A stretch of 59,787 nt of DNA from Clostridia bacterium. GTDB lineage: Bacteria; Bacillota; Clostridia; TANB77; CAG-508. The notes beneath the pieces are model-generated. The model saw only the letters and a program-made list of their open reading frames with translations. It did not search any database and was not told where the DNA came from. The stretch spans positions 1 through 59,787 of the forward strand of contig JAZSDU010000021.1 of assembly GCA_045531335.1 (NCBI GenBank). The letters are read 5' to 3'. The position numbers were made by a program, and so were the translations under genes. Shown here in pieces: positions 1 to 11,142 of the stretch. How positions within the stretch are numbered: the stretch's first letter is position 1; every line of letters begins with the position of its first letter.

Positions 1-2
1 AT

Positions 3-1132
3 TATAGGTTTAAAATAGATATGACACAATAAAAATAAAATAAGGAAATACCAAAATATGATAAAATGTTTTTAACCACAAAAACAATATCAAAAGAGAG
101 GTATTTCCTATGAAAAATAGTATAACACAAAAAATGAGATATAAACATAGTGTAATTAAATTTTCATTTAAATATGGAGTAACAAAAACATCCATAAAAT
201 TCAATATAAGCAGAAGAACAATATATAGATGGATAAAAGCATATGATGGAACAATAGAAAGTTTAAGAGATAAAAGTAGAAGACCAAAACATCATCCGAA
301 TGAACATACAGAAGAAGAAATAAAAATGATTAAAAATTTTAAAAGAAATAATAAAGAAACAGGACTAGTAGTGTTATGGATAAAATTACAAAAAGCAGGA
401 TATACAAGAACTGTCCAAGGATTGTACTATGCAATGAAAAGGATAGGTATATATAATAAAACACCAAGCAAAGCGAAAAAAACGCAAGCTCCATCAGTGC
501 CTAAGGCAACATATCCAGGAGAAAGAGTTCAAGTCGATGTGAAATATGTTCCGTTAGAATGTTTAAGCAAGGAATTAAGAGAATTAGGAGAAAGATTTTA
601 TCAATATACAGGAATAGATGAATATACAAGAAAAAGGTATACATACTTTACAAAAGAACATACAACATATGAGTCAACAAAATTCATAGAGAAACTAGTA
701 AAATACTTTCCGTTTGAAATAAAACTAATACAAACAGATAATGGATTTGAATTTACAAATAGACTGTCTTGGAATGCATTTACAAGAGATAAAAAAACAA
801 TGTTTGAAAACAAATTAGAAGAACTAGGAATAGAACATAATTTAATAAGACCACATACACCGACACAAAACGGAAAAGTAGAAAGAAGTCATAGAAAAGA
901 TCAAGAAAGATTTTATCACAACAACATATTTATGAGTTTAGAAGACTTGAGAATAAAAGGAAAACGATGGAGAATAGAATATAATAATTTTCCGATGAGA
1001 CCATTGGGATGGCTAAGTCCGAATCAAAAATTAGCAGAATATTTAATGTAAAGTAAAAACGCAGTCAAAGGTTTTGGTATTTCAAACCATATATTTTTTA
1101 ATAAAGTGTGACATATGTTTGACTAACCTACA
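3..1132 (+). mobile_element. IS481-family insertion sequence
   Basis: Single DDE transposase ORF bounded by imperfect inverted repeats: TATAGGTT..ATATGACACA at 3-28 versus TGTGACATAT..AACCTACA ending at 1132. Target duplication cannot be assessed at the window edge. Confidence 0.8.
110..1051 (+). CDS. IS481-family DDE transposase
   Basis: N-terminal HTH (ISRRTIYRW..SRRPKHHPN) and rve core motifs VQVDVKYV, IQTDNGFEF, PHTPTQNGKVERSH. Confidence 0.92.
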   Translation: MKNSITQKMRYKHSVIKFSFKYGVTKTSIKFNISRRTIYRWIKAYDGTIESLRDKSRRPKHHPNEHTEEEIKMIKNFKRNNKETGLVVLWIKLQKAGYTRTVQGLYYAMKRIGIYNKTPSKAKKTQAPSVPKATYPGERVQVDVKYVPLECLSKELRELGERFYQYTGIDEYTRKRYTYFTKEHTTYESTKFIEKLVKYFPFEIKLIQTDNGFEFTNRLSWNAFTRDKKTMFENKLEELGIEHNLIRPHTPTQNGKVERSHRKDQERFYHNNIFMSLEDLRIKGKRWRIEYNNFPMRPLGWLSPNQKLAEYLM

Positions 1133-1227
1133 AATAAATATCATATAATTATTTAAAAATATTGTAAAAAAATAGTGGTTGTGATAATATTATTTTATAA
1201 ATATCAATTTATACTAGGAGAGATCAC

Positions 1228-3069
1228 ATGAAACTAGAAAATGAAAAAGAGAAAATAGAAAAAGAAACAAACGAAGAATTAAAAATGGGGATAAAAAACA
1301 AAAAAATTATAGCTATATCAATATGTACAGGTGTAATAGTGGTAATATTATTACTATTAAGTACGATATTCTCACTTATAAATATTAATAATACAAAAAT
1401 TATCTCTGGAATTAAAATTAATCAAATAGATTTAAGCAATTTAAATAAAGAAGAGGCTAAGCAAAAATTAAATGAAAAAATTAGTCAAACTTTAGATAGA
1501 GATATAAATATAGTTGCACAAGATTTTGAGTATCAAATAAAACTATCACAAATAGAATTAAAATATAATTTAGATGAAGCAGTTGAAGAAGCATATGGAA
1601 TAGGAAGAAATGGAAATATTTTTAAAAATAATTATAGAATTGCAAAAACAATGATATTAGGAACTGATATAAATCTAACATATACATATAATGAAGAATT
1701 ATTAAACAATCTTGTAAATAGCATAGCTTCTAAAGTACCTAATCCAGTTGTAGAACCAAATTATTGCATAGAAGATGATAAACTAATTATATCTAAAGGA
1801 ACAGCCGGAAATAGTATAGACAAACAAGAACTTAAAGAAATGATTATTAGCCAAATATTAGAAAAAAACGAAAATAGCATAAAAATTGATTTAGTTCAAA
1901 AAGAACCAGATGCAATAGATATAGATAAAATATATAGTGAGGTTTATACAGAACCTAAAGATGCATATTATACAAAAGAGCCATTTCAAGTATATCCACA
2001 TGTTAATGGAATAAACTTTGATTTAGAAGCTGCAAGAGAAATGTTAAAAGAAGACAAAGAAGAATATGAAATCGAATTAAAGATTACTGCACCAGAAGTA
2101 ACTACAAATGAAATCGGAACAGAAGCTTTTCCTAATTTATTATCTTCTTTTACAACAAGATATGATGCAAGTAATTATCCAAGAACTACAAATTTAAAAT
2201 TAGCTATGGCAAAATTGAACGGAGTTGTAGTAGCTCCAGGCGAAACTTTTTCATATAATAAGACATTAGGGAAAAGAACTGCTGAAGCTGGATATAAAGA
2301 AGCAGGAGGATACGCAGGAGGAAGAGTTGTTCAAACTCTTGCAGGAGGAATATGTCAAATATCGTCAACATTGTATGATGCAGTTATATATGCAAATTTA
2401 GATATAGTAGAAAGACATAACCATATGTTTTTAGCAGGATACGTAGGAGCAGGAAAAGATGCTACTGTTGTATATGGTTCATTAGATTTTAAATTTAAAA
2501 ATACAAGGAATTATCCAATTATGATAAAAACTGCAATAGGAAATGGAGTAGCTAAAATAGACATATATGGTGTTAAAGAAGAAGTTGAATATGATGTAGA
2601 GATAGAAACAAAGATATTAAGCTATACACCTTTTAAAGTGATATATGAAGAAGACAAAACACTAGGAGCAGGAAAAGAAAAGGTTACACAAAGCGGAATG
2701 AATGGATGCAAAAGTATTACATATAAAGTTTTAAAACTTAATGGAGTGGAAGTTTCTAGAGAGGTATTATCATCAGATACATATGATCCTATGAATAAAA
2801 TAATAAAAAAAGGACCAGAAAAAACAGTGCAAACAAATAATAATACTACTACAGTAAAACCAAATACAAATACAACTCCAACTCCAACACCGGAGCCAAC
2901 ACCTACACCCGAGCCAGAACCAACTCCACAACCAGAACCAGATCCAGTACCTACACCTGAGCCAGAACCAACTCCGGAACCAGATCCAGTACCAACACCT
3001 GAGCCGGAACCAATCCCAGAACCAGATGCAACACCAATACCTGATCCAGAGGACAATCAAGATTTATAA
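1228..3069 (+). CDS. VanW-family membrane-anchored protein (PG-binding_4, VanW, G5 domains, Pro-rich tail)
   Basis: N-terminal TM; VanW motifs PGETFSYN, GGICQISSTLY, ERHNH, DATV; G5-like C-terminal region. Confidence 0.9.
   Translation: MKLENEKEKIEKETNEELKMGIKNKKIIAISICTGVIVVILLLLSTIFSLININNTKIISGIKINQIDLSNLNKEEAKQKLNEKISQTLDRDINIVAQDFEYQIKLSQIELKYNLDEAVEEAYGIGRNGNIFKNNYRIAKTMILGTDINLTYTYNEELLNNLVNSIASKVPNPVVEPNYCIEDDKLIISKGTAGNSIDKQELKEMIISQILEKNENSIKIDLVQKEPDAIDIDKIYSEVYTEPKDAYYTKEPFQVYPHVNGINFDLEAAREMLKEDKEEYEIELKITAPEVTTNEIGTEAFPNLLSSFTTRYDASNYPRTTNLKLAMAKLNGVVVAPGETFSYNKTLGKRTAEAGYKEAGGYAGGRVVQTLAGGICQISSTLYDAVIYANLDIVERHNHMFLAGYVGAGKDATVVYGSLDFKFKNTRNYPIMIKTAIGNGVAKIDIYGVKEEVEYDVEIETKILSYTPFKVIYEEDKTLGAGKEKVTQSGMNGCKSITYKVLKLNGVEVSREVLSSDTYDPMNKIIKKGPEKTVQTNNNTTTVKPNTNTTPTPTPEPTPTPEPEPTPQPEPDPVPTPEPEPTPEPDPVPTPEPEPIPEPDATPIPDPEDNQDL
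2875..3048 (+). repeat. Coding low-complexity PT/PE/PD repeat
   Basis: Imperfect tandem CCA/CCG-rich codons encoding TPTPTPEPTPTPEPEP... Confidence 0.85.
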
Positions 3070-3150
3070 AATGTTGATGAAACCTTTAAGGGATTAAATT
3101 ATAAAAATAAGAGGGCAGAATATAATCTGCCCTTTTAAGAATTAAAAACA

Positions 3151-3179
3151 TTGACAAACATAAAGTTTGGTATTATAAT
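3151..3179 (+). promoter_or_regulatory. sigma-A promoter of tRNA-Lys
   Basis: TTGACA-17 nt-TATAAT just upstream of the tRNA. Confidence 0.85.
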
Positions 3180-3197
3180 TAAAAACGTTAAAAACAA

Positions 3198-3273
3198 GTG
3201 CCATTAGCTCAGTTGGTAGAGCAACTGACTCTTAATCAGTGGGTCCAGAGTTCGAATCTCTGATGGCGCACCA
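3198..3273 (+). tRNA. tRNA-Lys(CTT)
   Basis: 76-nt cloverleaf, anticodon arm CTGA-CT-CTT-AA-TCAG, GTTCGAAT T-loop, encoded CCA; terminator hairpin follows. Confidence 0.97.
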
Positions 3274-3514
3274 AACTCGTCAAACTTTAAGTTTGGCGAG
3301 TTTTTTAGTATTCACAGCATTAGTTCTTAAAAATTAATGTATAAGATATCTGTAATACTCAAGCTATGCTTTCACTAACAGCTAGTCTCATTTTTATTTT
3401 TCATTCTTCACTAATTTTAATTAAGGACTACTCAAAAAAATAAAATTATGTTATAATATATAAGGTTGTGCGTAAAACAAGTAATTAAATAAAAAATAAA
3501 AGGGGTGATTTTTT

Positions 3515-4456
3515 ATGCTAAGCATATACAACACAGATTTAAAAACAAATAAATTTGAGAAGATAAAAGAGTTTAGACCAGGATCCTGGATAAATTTAGT
3601 AAACCCTACTGCTGAAGAAATAGAAACTGTTTGTTCAAATTTAAAAATAGAAGATGAATTCATAAAATATCCTCTTGATTATGAAGAGCAAGCCAGAATT
3701 GATATAGAAGACGATATGACATTGTTCGTTATAGATGTTCCTATTATAGAAGAAAGCAAAGAAGGAAAAACATATTCTACAATGCCTTTAGGTTTAATTG
3801 TAGTAAGAGATGAGTTTTTTATTTCTGTATCATTAAAGAAAAATAGAATAATAGAAGCTTTTGAAAAAGGCAGAGTAAAAGAAATGTATACATATAAAAA
3901 GACTAGATTTTTAATACAAATCCTTTATTTAAATGCATCATATTATTTAAATGATTTAAAAAGAATAAATAAAGAAGCTGAAAACACAGTAAATGGCCTA
4001 AAAAAATCAATGAAAAATCAAGATTTAATACAATTATTAAACTTAGAAAACAGTTTGGTATATATAACAACATCACTTAAAGCAAATGAGATAGTTATGG
4101 AGAAAACTGCAAGAGGTAAAATATTAAAATCTTATGAAGAAGATGATGAAATACTTGAAGACGCAATTGTAGAAAATAGGCAGGCTATTGAGATGAGCAA
4201 AATATATAGTGAAGTTTTAAATGGTACAATGGATGCATATGCATCAATAATATCAAACAACCTAAACGTTGTAATGAAATTCTTAGCATCAATGACAATT
4301 GTATTATCATTGCCAACATTAATTGCAAGTATTTGGGGAATGAATGTACCGCTTCCATTTGCAACCAATCCATACGGGTTTGGTATAGTGTGCGGAATTT
4401 CAGTTTTAATTTCTGTAATAGCATTTATTTGGCTTAAAAAGAAGGATATGCTATAG
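3515..4456 (+). CDS. corA: CorA-family Mg2+ transporter
   Basis: GMN signature (WGMNV) between two C-terminal TMs; SNNLNVVMK motif. Confidence 0.93.
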   Translation: MLSIYNTDLKTNKFEKIKEFRPGSWINLVNPTAEEIETVCSNLKIEDEFIKYPLDYEEQARIDIEDDMTLFVIDVPIIEESKEGKTYSTMPLGLIVVRDEFFISVSLKKNRIIEAFEKGRVKEMYTYKKTRFLIQILYLNASYYLNDLKRINKEAENTVNGLKKSMKNQDLIQLLNLENSLVYITTSLKANEIVMEKTARGKILKSYEEDDEILEDAIVENRQAIEMSKIYSEVLNGTMDAYASIISNNLNVVMKFLASMTIVLSLPTLIASIWGMNVPLPFATNPYGFGIVCGISVLISVIAFIWLKKKDML

Positions 4457-4484
4457 AGAGTTTGAGAGAAAGAAGGGATAGATA

Positions 4485-6065
4485 ATGTTAAATACTGTTG
4501 GAGTAACAGTAAGATTTGGGAAAAGAGTATTATTTGAAGATGTAAATATTAAATTTTCAAAAGGCAATTGTTATGGATTAATTGGAGCTAATGGAGCTGG
4601 AAAATCTACATTTTTAAAAGTTCTATCAGGTGAATTAGAACCAAGTAAGGGCGAAGTATCAATGGATAAAGGAGAAAGACTATCAACTTTAAAACAAGAT
4701 CACTTTGCTTACGAAGAAAATACTATAATCGATACAGTTATAATGGGGAACAATGAACTTTATAGCATAATGAAAGAAAAAGAAGAAATATATGCAAAAC
4801 CAGATTTTTCTGAAGAAGATGGATTAAAAGCAGCAAAACTAGAAGAAAGATTTGGAGAGCTTGATGGATGGAATGCAGAATCAGATGCAGCTACATTACT
4901 TAATAACTTGGGTATACCAACAAGTGAACATTATAAGTTAATGAAAGAAATTGAAGCAAAAGACAAAGTAAAAGTATTACTTGCGCAAAGTTTGTTTGGA
5001 AACCCAGATGTTTTATTATTGGACGAGCCTACAAACGATTTAGACTTGAAAAGCATAAACTGGTTACAAGAATTTTTAATAGATTTTGAAAATACAGTTA
5101 TAGTTGTATCACATGACAGATATTTCTTAAACAAAGTTTGTACACATATTGCAGATGTAGACTTTGGAAAAATTAAGGTTTATCCAGGAAATTATGATTT
5201 CTGGTATGAATCTAGTCAACTTGCATTAAAACAAGCAAGAGAACAAAACAAAAAGAAAGAAGAAAAGATAAAAGAATTGCAAGAGTTTATAGCAAGATTT
5301 AGTGCGAATGCTTCAAAATCAAAACAAGCAACTTCAAGAAAAAAATCATTAGAAAAAATACAATTAGAAGAAATTAAAGCATCAAACAGAAAATATCCAT
5401 ATATAGATTTTAAACCAGATAGAGAACCGGGAAAAGAAATACTTACAGTAAAGAATCTATGCAAAAGTATAAATGGAGAAGAAATCTTAAAAAATGTATC
5501 TTTCTCAGTAAAAGCTGATAATAAAATTGCAGTTTTATCTGATAATGAGCTTGCTACTACTTTACTATTCCAAATAATAGCAGGAGAAGTAGAACCAGAT
5601 AGTGGTGAAATTATATGGGGACAAACAATTACTAAAGATTATTTCCCAAAAGACAACTCATATTTATTTGAAAATGACGAAATATTAGTAGATTGGCTAA
5701 GAAAATATTCAAAAGATCCAGATGAAACATATGTAAGAGGATTTTTAGGAAGAATGCTATTTTCAGGTGATGAAGCATTAAAAAATGTTAAAGTGTTATC
5801 AGGAGGAGAAAAAGTAAGATGCGTCTTATCTAAATTAATGCTTTCAGGTGCAAACTTCTTAATATTTGATGAACCTACTAACCATTTAGATATGGAATCC
5901 ATTACAGCACTAAATGAAGGGATGAAAAAATTTAAAGGTAACATGTTATTTACATCACATGACCATCAATTAACTGAAACAGTAGCAGACAGAATTATTG
6001 ATTTAAGAAGTGATAAAATAATAGATAGAGAATGTACATATAACGAATATTTAGGAATAGAATAA
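4485..6065 (+). CDS. ABC-F family ATPase (YbiT/YkpA-like)
   Basis: Two ABC cassettes (GANGAGKST, LSGGEK, DEPTN), no TM segments. Confidence 0.93.
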   Translation: MLNTVGVTVRFGKRVLFEDVNIKFSKGNCYGLIGANGAGKSTFLKVLSGELEPSKGEVSMDKGERLSTLKQDHFAYEENTIIDTVIMGNNELYSIMKEKEEIYAKPDFSEEDGLKAAKLEERFGELDGWNAESDAATLLNNLGIPTSEHYKLMKEIEAKDKVKVLLAQSLFGNPDVLLLDEPTNDLDLKSINWLQEFLIDFENTVIVVSHDRYFLNKVCTHIADVDFGKIKVYPGNYDFWYESSQLALKQAREQNKKKEEKIKELQEFIARFSANASKSKQATSRKKSLEKIQLEEIKASNRKYPYIDFKPDREPGKEILTVKNLCKSINGEEILKNVSFSVKADNKIAVLSDNELATTLLFQIIAGEVEPDSGEIIWGQTITKDYFPKDNSYLFENDEILVDWLRKYSKDPDETYVRGFLGRMLFSGDEALKNVKVLSGGEKVRCVLSKLMLSGANFLIFDEPTNHLDMESITALNEGMKKFKGNMLFTSHDHQLTETVADRIIDLRSDKIIDRECTYNEYLGIE

Positions 6066-6100
6066 CAATAAAAAAATCGCCTTCGGCGATTTTTTTATTG
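6066..6100. terminator. Bidirectional intrinsic terminator
   Basis: CAATAAAAAAATCGCC-TTC-GGCGATTTTTTTATTG between convergent genes. Confidence 0.88.
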
Positions 6101-7156
6101 TTCTGGATTATATTTTGTTCTGATTTCTTCTATTTTTTCGTATTCATTACTCAATATATCTAAAAATGCATCTGCGCAATTTGGATCGAATTGTGAACCT
6201 TTACATTTTTCTATTTCAGCTCTTACAATATCTAATGTTAATGAATTTCTGTAAGTTCTTTTTGAAGTCATTGCATCAAAGCTATCTGCAACAGCTGCAA
6301 TTCTTGCAAGTAGAGGTATTTCTTCACCTTTTAATTTCCCAGGATATCCGTTTCCGTCATATCTTTCATGGTGATGTTTTACAACTGGAAGAACACTTTT
6401 AAATATTGTTGCATTAGATAATATGTGTGCACCTATTGAAGGATGATTTTTAATTTCAGAATATTCATCATCTGTAAGCTTAGAATCTTTTAACAATATA
6501 CTATCTGGAACACCAATTTTCCCAATATCATGGAATAATCCTCCAATTTTTAAAGTATTAATATCTTCATCAGAAAGTTTTAATTTTTTCCCAATAAGAA
6601 CGGAATATTCAGAAACTCTATCAGAATGTCCTCTGGTATATGTGTCTTTTGCTTCAACTGTAAATCTTAGAGTTTCGATACTTTCTAAATATGCTTTTTC
6701 TAATTTTTCATAAGTATCTTTTAATTCGTTATTTATTTCTCGTATTAAGTTCATTTGAGATATTGCTTTTATACCTGATTCAACAAGTAAAAGTAATTGA
6801 TCAAATTTATCACTCTTTTCACAATATCCTTGAATATCTAATCTTTTAATTGTTTCTAATGGTGGAGCTAAATCTTTGTGTCCAGTTAGTAAAAGGATAT
6901 ATAAATCTTTGTTAAATTCACGAATAGCTTCAACTACTTGGTCTCCATGAACCGGAGTCATAATGAAGTCCAATAACATCAAATCAAAATGCTCTTCTTT
7001 TACTCTTTGGATTGCTTCTAGTGGATCACTAACTCCTACAAAGCCATAACCAGCTTTGTTTAAGAAAACTTTTAAGGTATCTAATATACCAGTTTCGTCA
7101 TCTACGCCAATGATTTTGTATTTATAATTATCATTTGAATTTACACCTTTTCTCAT
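6095..7156 (-). CDS. Response regulator with HD-GYP phosphodiesterase domain (RpfG-like)
   Basis: REC domain (VDDE, LLDFIM, LTG) plus HSDRV, FHDIGK, HHERYDGNGYP, VADSFDAM. Confidence 0.93.
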   Translation of the reverse strand: MRKGVNSNDNYKYKIIGVDDETGILDTLKVFLNKAGYGFVGVSDPLEAIQRVKEEHFDLMLLDFIMTPVHGDQVVEAIREFNKDLYILLLTGHKDLAPPLETIKRLDIQGYCEKSDKFDQLLLLVESGIKAISQMNLIREINNELKDTYEKLEKAYLESIETLRFTVEAKDTYTRGHSDRVSEYSVLIGKKLKLSDEDINTLKIGGLFHDIGKIGVPDSILLKDSKLTDDEYSEIKNHPSIGAHILSNATIFKSVLPVVKHHHERYDGNGYPGKLKGEEIPLLARIAAVADSFDAMTSKRTYRNSLTLDIVRAEIEKCKGSQFDPNCADAFLDILSNEYEKIEEIRTKYNPEQ

Positions 7157-7325
7157 AAAGTTTCCTCCTTTATGTTATCTTACAAGAATTATATTTAAAA
7201 TATTGAAAAAAAGCAACAAAAAAAGCAAAAAAGTTACAAAACTCGTATTCACAAATAGGCATTTCTGTGGTATAATTCAAAAAGTACAAAATTTGTTTGC
7301 AAATTTTGGTCCGGAGGATGTTGAA

Positions 7326-8240
7326 ATGATTTTTAAAGATTATTATAAAATATTAGGATTAGAGACTAATAAAGTAAATAACGATGAAATAAAAATAGCT
7401 TTTCGTGAGCAAGCAAAAAAGTATCATCCAGATGTAAATACAGGCAATGCTTCAACAGAAGAGAGATTTAAAGATATAAATGAGGCTTATAGGGTTTTAT
7501 CAAACTCTAGTAGCAAGAGAAAATATGACAGAATGTGGAATAACCATGTAGGGAAAAGACAGTCAAATAAGTCTTACGAAGAAAGTAAGAGAGATAAAGA
7601 TTCACTATTTAGCGATTTCTTTAATATGTTCTTTGGTACACCGATACAGAACAAAGAAGATACATCAAAAACTAAAAAGAAAGTTCCTATAAAGGGAGAT
7701 AATATAGAAACTGAAATTAATGTAGGAATAGAAGATGCATATTTTGGAATAGAAAAAAAGATTTCTTTAAGAACAGTTGCAGGAAAAATGAAAACATTTT
7801 CAGTAAAAATTCCTTCAGGAATTAGAGATGGAGAAAAAATAAGATTACTAGGACAAGGAAAACAAGGTCAAAATGGTGGGAAAAATGGAGATATGTTTAT
7901 AAAAATAAACATAGAAAATAATAATAAATTTAAATTACAAGGATATGATGTAGTAACAGATTTATTTTTAACACCATGGGAAGCAGCATTAGGAAAAAGA
8001 GTAAATATAGATTCAATAGATGACACAGTTTCACTTTATGTTCCGCCAGGAATACAAAGTGGAGAAAAAGTAAGAATACCTCAAAAGGGATATAAAGATG
8101 GTAGAGGGAGCAGAGGAGATTTAATAGCAGAAGTAAAAACAGTGGTACCTAAAAAACTAACAGATGATGAAAAAGAATTGTTTGAAAAATTAAAAAATAT
8201 ATCGAGTTTTAATCCAAGAGCAAAGAGTTCACATAATTAG
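7326..8240 (+). CDS. DnaJ-class II / CbpA-like co-chaperone
   Basis: KDYYKILG...YHPD J-domain plus DnaJ_C, no Zn finger. Start moved to ATG 7326 after GGAGG. Confidence 0.88.
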   Translation: MIFKDYYKILGLETNKVNNDEIKIAFREQAKKYHPDVNTGNASTEERFKDINEAYRVLSNSSSKRKYDRMWNNHVGKRQSNKSYEESKRDKDSLFSDFFNMFFGTPIQNKEDTSKTKKKVPIKGDNIETEINVGIEDAYFGIEKKISLRTVAGKMKTFSVKIPSGIRDGEKIRLLGQGKQGQNGGKNGDMFIKINIENNNKFKLQGYDVVTDLFLTPWEAALGKRVNIDSIDDTVSLYVPPGIQSGEKVRIPQKGYKDGRGSRGDLIAEVKTVVPKKLTDDEKELFEKLKNISSFNPRAKSSHN

Positions 8241-8250
8241 TTTAAAAATG

Positions 8251-8279
8251 TTGACATATAATAATTTTTAAGGTATAAT
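8251..8279 (+). promoter_or_regulatory. sigma-A promoter for the hypothetical-hypothetical-virD4 operon
   Basis: TTGACA-17 nt-TATAAT. Confidence 0.75.
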
Positions 8280-8343
8280 TAAATGGTAATTATACGAACG
8301 ATAAAATACATTAATATATGTAGAAATGAGGTGCGAATAGCGC

Positions 8344-8880
8344 ATGGAAGAAGTTATAAAAGGGAAACATTTTAGTATAACAGATCCACAAAATGTAAGT
8401 ACAGTAATTTATCAAGTAAATAAAACTGAAAAGGAAATGGCTAAAAATTCGCCTAAATATACTGTTGAAAGATTAGACTATATAGAAGAATTGGTAGGAG
8501 AAAAAAAGAAAAAAACTTTCTATGTTAATAGACCTGCTCCAGAAGGAGATCATTTAGTAATACTATCTTTTGCAAAAGATAGAGTAGTAGTAAATACTGG
8601 GATATTAGACGAAGAACAAGTAAAGATTTCTAAAAAGCCAATGCCGATTAAATTTACAACAATGTATAATGAAGAAGAAACAGAATATAAAGAAGTTCAA
8701 TACACACCAAACTTAAAGAGGCCAATTTCTATAATTGACCCAGAAACCACAGAAGAAGTAAAACCTATATTGTATTTTGATGAAAAAACAAATGAAGTAA
8801 AAGGAAAATGTAAATTAAAACCATATAAAAGTTATTTTGCCTTTGAGATTAGAGACAAAGTAAATAAGGAAGGAGAATAA
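8344..8880 (+). CDS. Hypothetical protein
   Basis: 178-aa ORF with GAGGTG RBS and host-like codon use; no family recognised. Confidence 0.75.
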   Translation: MEEVIKGKHFSITDPQNVSTVIYQVNKTEKEMAKNSPKYTVERLDYIEELVGEKKKKTFYVNRPAPEGDHLVILSFAKDRVVVNTGILDEEQVKISKKPMPIKFTTMYNEEETEYKEVQYTPNLKRPISIIDPETTEEVKPILYFDEKTNEVKGKCKLKPYKSYFAFEIRDKVNKEGE

Positions 8881-8882
8881 TT

Positions 8883-9113
8883 ATGAGTAAAGAATCTACA
8901 AATGTAGAACTTGAACCTATAACTGTAGTAGGGGGAGAAGTAATTACAGATGGTAAAGAAAAAACAGAAATACCTCCAAAAGGAAAATTAGAAATAGATA
9001 GTCCGGAAAAAGAAGAGGTTGTTACATTAAAATTGAGTGGAGAATGGCCACCAAGAGAAACAACTAAAGCAGAGGATAAAGCTAAAGATGAAGGCTTTGA
9101 AATAGGTGAATAA
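8883..9113 (+). CDS. Small acidic hypothetical protein
   Basis: 76 aa, AGGAG RBS, closely coupled to the upstream ORF. Confidence 0.65.
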   Translation: MSKESTNVELEPITVVGGEVITDGKEKTEIPPKGKLEIDSPEKEEVVTLKLSGEWPPRETTKAEDKAKDEGFEIGE

Positions 9114-9140
9114 TTTTTACAAATGAAAAGGTGAAGAAGT

Positions 9141-11097
9141 ATGAATTATAAAATACAAAATACTTTAAAAAGAACTAAAAATATATTTATGGTAATTGTA
9201 ATACTATGGGTGTTATCATCCATAGTATTAGTTTCGCCTATAGCAGTTAGTATAGTAGAAGCAACAGAAAATGGAATTTTTGATTTTGGAGATTTCATAG
9301 AAAAGTTATTTTCTAATATAACAGACATAGGTGGAAATTTAGGAAAAATATTTAACAGTGAATACATAGGAACATTTTGGAAAACTCAAGGGTATTTTTC
9401 AATAGTTTTAGTATTCTTTGCTACAATGGGATTCGTTAAATCAATGCCAAAAAATGAATATACAGATATAGAGCATGGTTCAAGTGATTGGGCAGCTGGA
9501 GAACAATATCAAGTATTAAGTAAAAATAAAGGAATATTACTTGCGGAAAAACACTATTTGCCAGTTGACAAAAGAGGAAATACAAACGTATTAGTTGTAG
9601 GACGGATCAGGTTCTGGTAAGTCTGCATCATATGTTATTCCAAATGCATATCAGCTTTTAGGGTCTTATGTATTTACAGATCCTAAAGGGGAATTATATG
9701 ATAAAACAGCAGGATACCTAAAAAGTAAGGGTTATGATATAAAAATATTTAACTTAGTTAATCCTAAAAATAGTGATGGATATAATCCTTTAATGCATAT
9801 TCAAAGTGAAATAGATGTTGATATTATTGCAAATACAATAGTAAAAGGACAAAGTGATGTTCAAAATCAAGCAGATCCATATTGGGATGATATGGCAGAA
9901 ATGCTATTAAAAGCTTTAATATATTATCTACTTGCAACAAGACCTGAAGAAGAACAAAGTTTATCAAGTTGTGCGGAATTAGTAAGAGCTGCTAATAATA
10001 ATGGAGCAGGAAACTTGCTTACAGAACTTATGAATCAGTTACCATATGATCATCCAGCAAGAATGTTCTATAAATCTATTGAAATAGCGCCAGAAAAGAC
10101 ATATAGTTCTATTCTTTCTTCGCTTCAATCAAAGCTTGGTAAGTTTGATTCAAAGGAAATTGCTGAACTTACATCAACAAATACAATAGATTTTGAGGAA
10201 ATTGGTAGAAAGAAAACAGCAGTATATGTTATATCTTCTGATACACATGCTGCATATGATTTCTTACTTACAATATTCTTCTCACAAATGATACAAAGAT
10301 TATATGATTATGCAGATATAAATGGTGGAGCTCTTCCACAACCTACATATTTTATATTAGACGAGTTCGCGAACATTGGTAGAATTCCTGATTTTGATAA
10401 GAAAATATCAACATCAAGAAGTAGAAAGATTTCATTTAGTGTTATTTTACAAAATTTAGACCAATTAGAAGCGGTTTATGAGAAATCTCATGAAACTATA
10501 ATTGGTAACTGTGATACTACTTTGTTCTTGGGAAGTAACTCACAAAAAACAGTTGAATACTTCTCTAAAGAATTAGGTGAAAAAACTATTAATAGAGACA
10601 GTTGGTCTGTAAGTAAAGACAAGCACATGTGGAGACAAGGATATAATAAACAAGATCAAGTAATGGCAAGAGCACTAATGACACCTGATGAATTAAGAAG
10701 ATTAGATAATGATTTATGTATTATATTTGAGAAAGGTGTTAAACCAATAAAAGCACCTAAATATTACTACTTTAAATATAACACTGTAAAATTAGTAAAT
10801 CAATTTATGTGTAGCCATAATGATATAGATCCTATAGATAGAGGTAAATGGAGAAAGTATAATCCATATAATCCTTATGTTGAAGAAACAGAGGAAAAAC
10901 AAGAAAATACAAAAATTGAAAGCTTAGATGATTTGTTTGAAGATGATAAACCTGATTCTAAGGATGATGAATTTGCACCAATGTTACCACAAGATGAAGA
11001 AGATAAAAAAGATGAAGAAATATTAACATATGATGTGCAAAAAGAACTAGAGGCAAAATTTGATGAGCTATTTGGAGCATTAGAAGATAATGGGTAA
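9141..11097 (+). CDS. virD4: VirD4/TraG-family type IV coupling protein; needs +1 shift at CGG 9603 (about 651 aa)
   Basis: Two N-terminal TMs, EHGSSDW; skipping C9603 gives Walker A VLVVGGSGSGKS, then TDPKGEL, YNPL and LDEFANIG in the frame of ORF 9793..11097. Confidence 0.9.
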
Positions 11098-11142
11098 TAA
11101 AAAAGGAAGAATTTAAATTCTTCCTTTTTTTGTAGTGTTATA

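Noticed and set aside
2622-3060. Gly/Ser-rich and Trp-rich minus-strand ORFs
   Set aside because: Antisense shadows of the Pro-rich repeat in the VanW protein. Other short antisense ORFs in the track were rejected for the same reason.
1228-3069. Vancomycin-resistance locus
   Set aside because: VanW-domain proteins are widespread and no vanHAX or vanRS genes are adjacent.
3300-3514. M-box riboswitch upstream of corA
   Set aside because: No recognisable M-box consensus by eye; an Rfam scan would settle it.
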